Assembly (NCBI GenBank): GCA_050273025.1
Contig: CP158636.1
Location: forward strand, 10,974,001-11,038,000
Reading direction: 5' to 3'
DNA: 64,000 nucleotides
Source of the DNA: Cenococcum geophilum
Taxonomy: Eukaryota
Position 1 is the first letter of the stretch. The number at the start of each line of letters is the position of its first letter. The translations under genes and the position numbers were made by a program. Positions 40,901 to 51,234 of this stretch are shown piece by piece. Below the pieces are notes generated by a model. The model was not told where the DNA came from. It made no database searches and saw only the letters and a list, made by a program, of their open reading frames with translations.

Positions 40901-43269
40901 CACTGCTAAGCAATATATAGACGCTAGTATATACACCAATTTATTTTCCCTCTATAAGTGTTTAGTTAAGCTCGGTACCATAAAGAAGAAGCGCCTTATA
41001 ATCAATATTATGGCACTTTAGCAATCCTATAAGCGTTAAAAACTCTTTAAGATTTAATGAATTAATAGCCAAGATAACCCAGCAGATGTAATAACAAAGG
41101 CGAACCTAAATAAGGCACTAGAGACGTTTATTAACACGAATACTCTACATATACGAGTTAAAGGTTGGGTTAAAAGGGAGTCCCCAGAAATTTCTTAGTC
41201 ACGTAAGGTCTTAAGATGTCTAGGAACTTTAACCAGCGGTCAAAGTTATCTAATTAGTTAGATTCTGCAGACCCTAACTTAAACCAGCTAATTAGGATTT
41301 TCCATCCCCGGGATAAAAAATCGCTATTAGCTCGCTTACCGCTAGCGCCTTAGCGGCCCTACTAATAAGATACCTACCTATAACTTATAAGCAAGAAAGC
41401 ACTATGTGCTAAGAGGCAAATTTTAAAACAGCGAGACTTATATTACAATGGTAATAGTAAGTAAGAAGAATTAATTTTTGTTCCGCTAGTTAAGCGGTAT
41501 ATATATATAGATAGCAACCACAAAAGAAGAGTTGCTAGTGTTAGGAATAAAGGCAAATAGTCACTATATAAGGCATATTGCCATTACGTATAGTAAGTTG
41601 CCGTTACGTACGGCAAGTTGCCATCACGTGCCGCCGCGGCACTAGCGTGGTAAGGAACCTTAAGTTCCTCACCCCTTTCTTAAAGAAGAAAATAGAACAA
41701 TTATTATACTATCTACGAACCGTAGCTACGTGATATCCCCCTTATATAACCAACAAATACAGATAAACTAATTAGGTATAATTATTTAAAGATCGCAGTA
41801 ATATAAGAAGAAAAGACCCATAAATTACTAGACAGTAATTAGATATAAAAGATCCTAGACGCACAAATAGAAGATTTAGACGTAGAATAGTACGAAAATT
41901 AAGAAGTAATATACGTACCAAAATCTATTATAAAGGAGTTTGTTAAGTCATTTTATAAAGGACTAACTTAAGGACATAACGGAGCTATAGGCTTAGTGTT
42001 AAGACTTTAAGAGGAATATATTATTAATAGAATCTAGGGACTAGCTAGGTAAGTTATAAAAGAATATCTAAATTACTAAAGGAATAAACTAATAAGGCAT
42101 AAGCTATATAAAGAGCTATAACCTATTAAAATACTAGAGAGACTATAGGAGGTTATATTATGGGACTTTATTATTAAGTTACTAAAATTAAGAGACCCTA
42201 TTATTAAACAAGATTACAATATAATCTTAGTAATAGTAGACAAGCTTATAAAGTAGGGATACTTTATAGCATATTTAGAGGAAATATTAGCGGAAGATAT
42301 TGCTAGAATCTATATTAAAGAAGTGTTTATAAGACATAGAGTACTAAGTAAGATTATATTAGATAGAGATCTAAGATTTATAGCAGTATTTTAGGAAGTA
42401 TTCTTAGCAGAGTAAGGAGTTTAAGTAGTAACTTCTACCGCATATTATCCACAGACAGACGGTTAAATAGAAAGATTAAATTAAACACTAGAATAGTATC
42501 TAAGGCATTATATTAATCATGCACAGAATAATTAGGTATTACTATTACTAGTTATACAGTTTATATATAATGCAACACTATAAGAAGGAATAGGCATATT
42601 ACTATTTAAGGCAAATTACGGATATAAGCTAAAGACCTTATTATTACTATATTAAGTAAAAAAGACAAGTAGTATAGCTAAATAAAGAATAAAGAGTTTA
42701 ATAAATCTTTATGCAGACCTTACGGAAATAGCTAAGGTGGTATAACAAAAGATAAAAAAGTACTATAATACTAAGAGATCTAAGGGACTAGATCTTAAGG
42801 AGGGAGATAAAGTATAGCTACTATATAAAAATTTCAAAAGTTAATAACTAAGTAAGATGTTAGACTATGTTAGACTAGGACCTTTTAAAATTATATAAAG
42901 AATTTTACTAGTTACATTTAAGTTAAACCTACTAGCTAGGATAAAGATCTACCCTATATAGCATATTATAATATTAGAGCTAGTATATAGGAATATTAAG
43001 CCACTAGTTTATAAAGCAGACATATATAGAGGATAAGAAGAGGATAAATAATAAGTTTTAAAGATTATTAGTTATAAGGATATAGACGATAAAATATAGT
43101 ACAAAGTAAAGTAGATAGGCTATGACGAGACTACCTAGAAGCTACTAGAAAATTTAAAGAATGCTATAAGTAAGGTATAGGAGTATTAGAAGAAAAAAGG
43201 TTAGGCAATATTAATAAAGAAGAATTACTAAAGAATAAGTTACCTAAGGGGGACCTAAAAAGAGCGACT

Positions 43270-43815
43270 TCTAAACTACTTAAAGTTATTTTCTTCTCTA
43301 TTAGAGGAGAATCTATTCTTTTATTACCAAGTTCCTATAAACCTTATTAAATAAGTTTCCACTCCTTTAAATAAACCTTCTTATAAATATGTTCTAAACG
43401 CTAAAGACAAGCATAAGCTAGACGCTAAGCTTTAAGAACACAGGCGGACTCTTCTAAGGCACGTTAGACTGTAAGCAGCGCTAAGGACAGCTTACTATTA
43501 AGCTTTATAGCGGTAGATTAAATATAAGACCCTATAATAAATTACTTAGGGAACTTAGAGACTATTAAGAGTTATAGGACGCGCATACTTAGCGTTAAAA
43601 ATTAAGCGAACATCGCAGGATAATCGAACGTTTGCTTTAGTACACTCCGTATAAAAAGAGGGCTATTAAGATAGAGGACTTGCCAACGCAATATAAACTA
43701 ACCCCTCTTTTACGTAATAAGAATACGAAGATAATATTACTTTACTAAGCAATAGTATAGAAGAAACTGTACGCGTATAACAAAGAGTTAAAGAAGAAGA
43801 AGGTGCTTTAGGCAT
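43270..43815 (-). pseudogene. Antisense extra ORF of Gypsy B: Zn2Cys6-like cluster plus coiled coil, RIPed
   Basis: ATG at 43815. Reads YSYYVKEGLVY-x13-YTEC-x8-C, where four Tyr codons are one G>A change from Cys. A probable 55-bp intron at 43586-43532 is followed by a heptad-rich exon. Confidence 0.65.
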
Positions 43816-46800
43816 TATAAGTAACAATATTAACCAAATTAATTAGACGGATATTACACCTCTAGTAAACGACTTAGAGATGCTAGGTATCTTCAAGGAT
43901 AAAGATAGAGAAGAGGGAGATGGTGTTATAAACGCTTTAAGTATAATATTATAACTACTTAAAGAAGAGTTAGAAGAAGCTAGTTGGTTAATATAAGCAC
44001 GGTCTAGGATGGAACCCGTAAAACTATATAACGAGGAATAGTAAGCAGAGTTATATAATATAATCTATATAATCTGTGTAATCTGCGAGATCTGTAATAG
44101 AGTAAATAGAGCAGACGGAGCAGATAGAGCAACGACTTTCTTAGGAGTACGGTTGTGTATTTAAGGACCCTTAGTCCCTACCTAGATAGTTCCTTCCTTG
44201 TAGTAATTCTTAGAATATAATTAGAGTTAATCTGTTAGGCAACCACTCCACCAGTTATTATTACGTTGTTAACTTACTTGCAATACCTATATACCTAGCC
44301 CATTAACAAGTCCACCGTAGTTTCTACTACAAGGCTCCGTTACAGATAGGTATCCTTTACCCTTAATTAGCGAAATCTAAGATAGAATCGGCAATGCGCA
44401 AATCTTTATAAAGATAGATCTAAGATAGGCGTACCACTAAATTAGGATTAAGGAAGGCGACGAATAAAAGGCAGCCTTTAAGTTAAAGGAAGGACTACAT
44501 AAGCTATTAGTAATATAGTTTAGGCTTATAAATGCACTAGTAACATTTTAGAAACGTATTAATAATATATTAAGAGAATACTTAGATGAATTTATTATAG
44601 TATATCTTAATATTATTATTATCTACTTAATAAGTAAGGAAGAGCATGGAGAATATATTAAATGGGTTTTAAAGAGACTATAGAAAGAATAAATGCTAGT
44701 AGCAATTAAGAAATGCGAGTTCTTTACTAGGAAGACAGATTTTATTAAATTTATTATTAAACTAGGCCAACTTAGCATAGATCTAAAGAAGATTAAGGCT
44801 ATAGTGAATTGGCAAGAACTAGAGAATATTACGCAGTTAAGATTATTTCTAGAGTTTTGCAATTACTATAAAAGGTTTATAGCTTAATAGTTAAAAAATA
44901 TTAAGCTATTTACAAGGTTAATAAAGAAAGAAGAACCTTAGGTATAGGGAGAAGATTAGAGGAAATTGTTTAAGAAAGTTAAGGAGTTATTTACTTAAGA
45001 CCTAATCCTTAAAATCTACTAACTAAAACTAGAGACAGTGGTTAAAACGAATATATTAGACTTTATACTAGGGGCGTACTTCCTATAGAAATATAAAAAT
45101 GGATGGCACCTAGTAGCATACTATAGTTAAAAGATAACACTATTAGAACTAAACTATGACATCTATAATAAGGAGTTATTAGGTATAGTTACAGCACTTT
45201 AGGAATAGAGAGTATTCTTATAAGGTATAAAGAAACTATTTATAGTTAAGACGGATTATAAGAACCTAATAGGGTTCCTAATAATAAAAGAACTTAACTG
45301 GAGATAAGTTAGATGGGTAGAGATACTTATAGAATACTATTTTAAGATTTAGTATACTAAGGGTATAGACAATATACAAGCAGACGCTCTAAGTAGAAAA
45401 GCTAAACTATAAAACAATAAAAAGCCATTAGGGGCTTTACTACGAAAAGATATAGACGGATTAATTAGATATAATTATCCGAAGATTACAGTAATAGGAG
45501 AAGTTAATTAGACCTATAAATTACTAGAGAGTAACTAGTTATAAAGAATCTAAGACATATAGGTAGAGGATTAGGACTTAGAGCAGTACGAAAATTAAGA
45601 AGTAATGTACGTACCTAAGAGTATAGTAAAGGAGTTTATTAAGTTATTTTATAAGGGACTAACTTAGGGATATAATAGAGCTATAGGCTTAGTATTAAGA
45701 CTTTAAGAAGAGTATATTATTAATAAAATCTAGGGACTAGCAAGGTAAGTTATAAGGGAATGCCTAGATTACTAAAAAAAATAAACTAATAAGGCATAAG
45801 CTATATGGAAGGCTATAACCTATTAAAATACTAGAAAGACTATAGGAGGTTATATTATAGGACTTTATCGTAAAGTTATTAAAGTTAAGAGATCCTATTA
45901 CCGGATAAGATTATAACGTAATCTTAGTAATAGTAGATAAGCTAACGAAGTGGGGATACTTTATAGTATGCACAGAAGAAATCTTAGCGGAAGATGTCGC
46001 TAGAATCTATGTAAAAAAAGTGTTTATAAGATACGGAGCACTAAGTAAGATTATATTGGATAGGGATCTAAGATTTATAGTAGCATTTTAGGAGGTATTT
46101 TTGGCGGAATAAGGAGTTTAAGTAGCAACTTCTACTATATATTATCCGCAGACAGACGGTTAAATAGAAAGACTAAATTAGATATTAGAGTAGTATCTAA
46201 AATACTATATTAATTATATACAGAATAATTAGGTATTATTATTACTAGTTATATAGTTTGCATATAATGTAACACCCTAAGAAGAAATAGGAATATTACT
46301 ATTTAAGGCGAATTACGGATATAAGCTAAGAACATTGTTATTACTATAATAAGTAAAGAAAACGAGTAGTATAGCTAAGTAAAGAATAGAGATATTAATA
46401 AATCTTTATATAAACCTTACGGAAATAGTAAAGGTAGTATAATAAAGAATAAAAAGGTATTACAACGCTAAGAGATTTAAGGGACCAGATCTTAAGGAGG
46501 GGGATAAAGTATAGCTACTATACAAAATTTTTAAGAGTTAACGACTAAGTAAAAAGTTAGACTATATTAGACTAGGACCTTTTAAAATTAAAAAGAGGAT
46601 TTTATTAGTTATATTTAAGTTAAACCTACTAGCTAAAATAAAGATCTACCCTATATAGTATATTGTAATGCTAGAGCTAGTATATAGGAATGTTAAGCCA
46701 CTAGTCTATAAAGCAGACATATATAGAGGGCAAGAAGAGGATAAATAGCAAGTTTTAAAGATCGTTAGTTACGAGGATATTAATAATAAAACATAGTATA

Positions 46801-46959
46801 AAGTAAAGTAGATAGGCTATAATGAGACTACCTAGGAGCCACTAGAAAATTTGAAGAACGCTATAGGAAAGGTACAGGAGTATTAGAAGAAAAAAGGTTA
46901 GGTAATATTAATAAAGAAGGATTACTAAAGAATAAACCACCTAAGGGGGATATAGGAAG

Positions 46960-47647
46960 AACAATTGCTAAATTACTTAGAGTTATTTTCTTCTCTATTA
47001 GAAAAGAATCCGTTCTTTTATCGCTAAGTTTTTATAAACCTTATTCTATAAGTTTTTATTTCTTAAAACGAACCTTTGTGAGGTGATAAGCTCCGCACCA
47101 CTCAGCCACACAAACCCGCAAAAGGTAAACGAGTGACTGGCTTGATGCCAGACACGGCTGTGCGGAACAATACATATAGGCGATGTGACTTCGTCACCTG
47201 ACAACCTTCTTACGAATATATTTAAGATGTTAAAGACGAGTATAAGCTAGACGCTAAGCTTTAAGGACATATACAGACTCTTTTAAGGTACGCTAGACTG
47301 CAAGCAGCGTAGAGGCTAGCTTACCGTTAAGCTTCGCAGTAGTAAATTAAACTTAGGACCCTAGCAGCAATTAATAAGGGAACCTAAAAACTATTAAGAA
47401 TAGTAAACCGCGTATATTTAGTATTAGATGTAAAACGAACGTTATATAACAAACGTATATTAGCGCAAGTATATTTAGAATAAGAGGATGGTTGGTAACT
47501 AGAGGGACTCGCGATTATAATATAACTTAACCCCTCTTTCGCATAATAAGAGTAAGGAATCGCTATTACTTTACCTAGTAATAGTATTAAGGAAACAGTA
47601 TAAAGGCGACGCTTAACCTAAGAAAGGAAAAAAAGAGCTTTAGGTAT
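46960..47647 (-). pseudogene. Antisense extra ORF of Gypsy A (homologue of the one in B), interrupted by a solo LTR
   Basis: ATA-CCT-AAA-GCT start at 47647. Y-x2-Y-x6-Y-x13-Y-x2-Y-x8-Y occurs at the same six positions as in B, with the same splice-acceptor context (tag/GG). Confidence 0.6.
47077..47203. mobile_element. Solo LTR, 127 bp, essentially un-RIPed
   Basis: TG..CA ends with 9/10-bp inverted termini (tgtgaggtga/tcacctgaca) and perfect TSD ACCTT. Absent from the homologous site in B (~43375). Confidence 0.88.
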
Positions 47648-48760
47648 AATAAGTAAGAATATTAACTAAATTAATTAGATGGATATTACACCTCTAGTAA
47701 ATAACCTAAAGATACTAGGTATCTTTAAGGACAAAGATAAAAAGGAGGGAGATAGTATTACGGACGCTTTAAGTACAATGTTATAACTACTTAGAGAAGA
47801 GTTAGAGGAAGCTAGTTAGTTAATATAAGTACGGTTTAGGATAGAACCCGTAAAACTATATAATAAAGAATGGTAAGTAAGTTATATGACGGTTAAACAT
47901 ATTAGCTGTGTTAAATGTAAGGAACGTTACGTTTAATATAGACAATACGCACCTTACGTATAAGAAGGATTTCTTAGGAGTACGGTTATATATTTAAGGA
48001 CCCTTAGTCCCTACCTAGATAGTTCCTTTCTTATAGTGATTTTTAGAATATAATTAGAGTTAATCTGTTAGGCAACTACTCCACTAGTTGTTATTACGTT
48101 GTTAACTTATCTGTTCCTACACACCTAGCCTATTAATAGAACCCACTGTAGTTCCTACTATAAGGTTCCGTTACACTCTTTATATCTATAGCTCTATAGA
48201 AGCTTATAACTTTATTAGGGCCCGCAAATGTTACTATATAACTCTATAAATTAGATATATTATATATGGGCGTCGTACTCTATAAAAGTATATTGGGAAT
48301 AAGTAATATATATAATAGAAAAAATATTAGCATATAAACAGGGCATAAATTGTTAAAGTTAGTGGCGGTTGGTTAAAGTCTTAAATTGACTTTTATTATA
48401 AATATTAGATAGAGCTTAAAAAGTATTCTCTATCTTTATAAATTGCTTAATTTATTAGTTATTTTATTATCCTTACTAATTTAATAACTTAGGTATAGCT
48501 GTTCTAGTAAATACTAGAGTTAACTATAGTTGCTACTAGAGTTACTACTATTAAAGGTACGTCTAGCTTAGTGTTTTTTTTTATATTTAGTTTCCGCCTT
48601 ATCTAGGTCTATATAGTCCTAGATCTTTATAAAGTTTACTTCTTAATAGATAAATTAAAACTATAAAGGCTAGTCCTTTTAAGTCAGTAAAAGAGAATTA
48701 GTAGAGTTAGTAGTTATAGGTACTATAGTAGCTTAAAGTTTAAGAGAGTAGTTATATAAA

Positions 48761-48845
48761 GAGATATATATTACGTAAAGAGATATATATTACGTAAAGA
48801 GATGTATATTACGTAAAGAGACGCGTTTACGCGTAAAAGACGCGA
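48761..48845. repeat. 19-bp tandem repeat (gagatatatattacgtaaa x3 plus a degenerate unit)
   Basis: Directly visible tandem units. Confidence 0.8.
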
Positions 48846-50246
48846 TATTTTATAACGAACTATACCTAAAGCGACTTAGTAGTAGTTGTCTAACTATTAA
48901 GATTATGTAAAAAGACGTAAGATTTTATAACGAATTATGCTTAAAGCGGCTTAGTAGTATTTATTTAGCTACTAAGATCTCCCTAGTACTTAAAAGGCTA
49001 CTAGGCTTATAACTATTAGCTAGAGAGGTACTATAAGTCGTAATATAAGCTAGTTAATAGGTAGAGACATAGAATAAACGAGCGATTTGTTTTATTTAAG
49101 GTGGCTCTAAGAACCCTAATATACATAAGAAAGTAACCCTCTACAGGGGTCCCCAGAGAGTGGTCAAACAGGTCAAAACTAGACTGATACCAGCTGATAC
49201 TGATGTCGAATAACAACCGTCGCACCTCTGCAGTAAAGCTACCTCCGTGGTCAACAGACTATATTTGGTCGAATAGTTAGATCACGTCAATTATCGACCA
49301 ATTTGCCCTACAAATAAGAAGAGGCTGCGACTATGTAATCCCTCAAGGCGTGGTTACCAAAGATCACGAAGGGCCATTTTCAGGCGGTGAAAAACGGCCG
49401 CATGTATTATCCAGTCCACTTTCATAGCCTGCGCGTCAGAGCGGACGCCTTACCCGACTCTACTTCGTTGATCGCTCGCGGCGCAGTTCAGCAAAGTCGC
49501 TCTGCGTTTAAGCCTACGATCCACCTCTGCTCCATTCGCAGCTACCCACAAGTTGCATTCTCGCATTCACAAGCCTAGTAAGATTTTGTTGCCCCCGACA
49601 AACCGGATGCTTGGCGCTGCGGCGGCTCCCATTTGACGTCAACGCTTGAAAGTCCCCTTATTTGCAAGAAGTTTTTGCCGCACCTATCAACTCCAACGAG
49701 CACCAAAATGTTCTTCCTTACTACTATGGTACTGCTACCAGGGCTATGGCGAGCTCCCTCACGAGCGCTAGCACCACACCTCCCTTAACGCGCCCTTCCT
49801 CACCACCTCCAACGACAGCTAGCTCCTTACCGTCTTCCTCATGTCCTTCCTCACAACCTATCTATCAACTGTCCTCCTTAACCCGTCAAACTTCTCATTC
49901 ATCCTCCCGATACAAGACCTCGACAAACACTTCCACAATAATCCCTCTCCTTTAAGCACCTCATCGGCCCTTCCATAGGAACATAAGTGATTACACCGTA
50001 ATGACATATTTATTTGCATTAAATATGGAGTGGCGTTGTATCATGACGTTTTGCGGGTTAACAGGTTAACAGTGAATACCCACAGTAGACATTTACACCT
50101 ATGAGAATGGAACTTTTCAAAATCCGAGGTGGATGCAGCGTGGAGGTCTGTTCAATAAAGTTTAGGGCACATAGATACGAAAGCGTCGCTAGGTTCGGAA
50201 AGATGATCAATAGATCCGGCCAAAAATCCCCGCGGATGGCCCAAGA

Positions 50247-50312
50247 GACCAGGGAAAGTATGAGGCGGCGGAAGCGATGAATCGACGAGCACTGACAGGA
50301 TATAAGAAGGTA
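50247..50312 (+). pseudogene. Isolated TPR repeat fragment of fungal NB-ARC-TPR NLR type
   Basis: DQGKYEAAEAMNRRALTGYKKV matches the kinesin-light-chain-like TPR consensus. No surrounding ORF. Confidence 0.7.
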
Positions 50313-50322
50313 TCTTTCTTTG

Positions 50323-50410
50323 GATTATAGTCCAGTTCAGGCTGTTTCCGAAGGCAATATTCTAGCAATTGGAACTGCCACCGGTCGGGTTCCGATCATT
50401 ACATTCTGCA
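50323..50410 (+). pseudogene. Fragment resembling the C-terminal tail of NACHT-WD40 NLRs
   Basis: DYSPVQAVSEGNILAIGTATGRVPIITF resembles the (E/D)YxP..GNxLAIGxxSGRVxIxxF tail. Confidence 0.55.
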
Positions 50411-50789
50411 AGAGGTTAAAGCGGAGAAAAAGGACTTGGGGCTTCTATTTCTGACATCGCCTTCCAGTCCAAGGGGCCGGTTTGGGCTACTTGTATATAA
50501 GATCTCAAAATTCTTGACGCGCTATCCAAGATACCTCTTCGTCGTCTTCGCCTCGCACCGACAGAAGCTGAATGGCGTTTCGATAGACACAAAGCATGCA
50601 TAAGACATCCACTTACTTCCTCCAATGCGCACACTCTCACCTAACGAGCGATTATACCAATCACTTCGTCTTGATTTCACCCGTCCTTGCCTTCTGAATC
50701 GGAGTCTTGACCAATGGGATCATCAATGTTCTTATTGATGTCTTCCCCGTGGGAATAAGGGCGTTGTTTCTGATCAAAGAGGAAAATCT

Positions 50790-50957
50790 AGTTGTGGCCG
50801 AATCCCAGAACCTGACCGTCCCGTTATGAGATGCAGACGCAACCAGCTTACCGTCCGGCGAGAATGCCACGGCATTAACCCGATCCCAGGGGCCCACGAG
50901 CGTCAGCCGCGATGCGCCCGTGGTCGAGTTCCAGAGCCTGACCGTCCCATCAGATGC
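50790..50957 (-). pseudogene. HET-E/NWD-type WD40 repeat fragment (about 1.3 repeats)
   Basis: ASDGTVRLWNSTTGASRLTLVGPWDRVNAVAFSPDGKLVASASHNGTVRFWDSATT; no ATG and no NACHT domain attached. Confidence 0.8.
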
Positions 50958-51234
50958 GGTATCCACACGGCGCCAAAAGCGAACTTCTTGTCCGTGAACC
51001 GTGGGGATGCAAAAAACCTACGCCTGAACCTGCATTATCACCTTCAATGAAGACTCCAGGATCAGTCCGCGGCTTGCGCCAAACATATTCGCGCTTGCAT
51101 AGTCAGGGTCATGTTGATAATAAGGCTGCTATCTTGGTGCGCGCAGTGCTGTTTCCCATCGCTAATTCCGGCGTTACCTTGAACGATGGCCATCAGGAAG
51201 CTGTGGAGGCTTGTTGGCTTTACTATAGATGGTT

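Larger units (their letters stand above)
36060..40930 (-). mobile_element. Ngaro-type (DIRS order) tyrosine-recombinase retrotransposon, RIPed
   Basis: Split direct repeats A1 40817-40930, B1 36485-36643, A2 36374-36487, B2 36060-36217. Minus strand carries a gag zinc finger (~39855-39775), RT (TAPFIFNLFAE..HYLDDF ~39065-38975) and YR. Confidence 0.92.
30855..41755 (+). mobile_element. Ty1/copia LTR retrotransposon C (about 6.0 kb without insert), nested in B
   Basis: 217-bp LTRs at 30855-31071 and 41539-41755; TSD GATAC/AATAC. PR DTRAA (~33150), IN (~33540-34250), RT (~34800-35450), RNase H ending DNPADVITK (~41075). Confidence 0.92.
24939..44344 (+). mobile_element. Ty3/gypsy chromovirus B (same family as A), nested in the RT of A
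   Basis: 421-bp LTRs at 24939-25359 and 43924-44344 with perfect TSD GATAG. Internal region is colinear with A (gag, PR, RT, RH, IN, chromodomain ~43030-43165). Confidence 0.95.
20652..48175 (+). mobile_element. Ty3/gypsy chromovirus A (about 8.0 kb without nested inserts), RIPed
   Basis: 420-bp LTRs at 20652-21071 and 47756-48175; TSD CTCTC/CTCTT. Gag zinc knuckle ~22115, protease ALVDS ~24230, RT split by element B within KDR/YPLPLI, RNase H, integrase (YYPQTDG ~46140), chromodomain ~46730-46860, purine tract before the 3' LTR. Confidence 0.93.

Noticed and set aside
7624..49225. Short I/L/Y/K-rich ORFs throughout the AT-rich block
   Set aside because: They are chance or residual frames in RIP-mutated transposon sequence, not intact genes.
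49387..49955. 63-aa and 97-aa Ser/Thr/Pro-rich ORFs
   Set aside because: Non-ATG starts, low complexity and no recognisable domain or gene structure.
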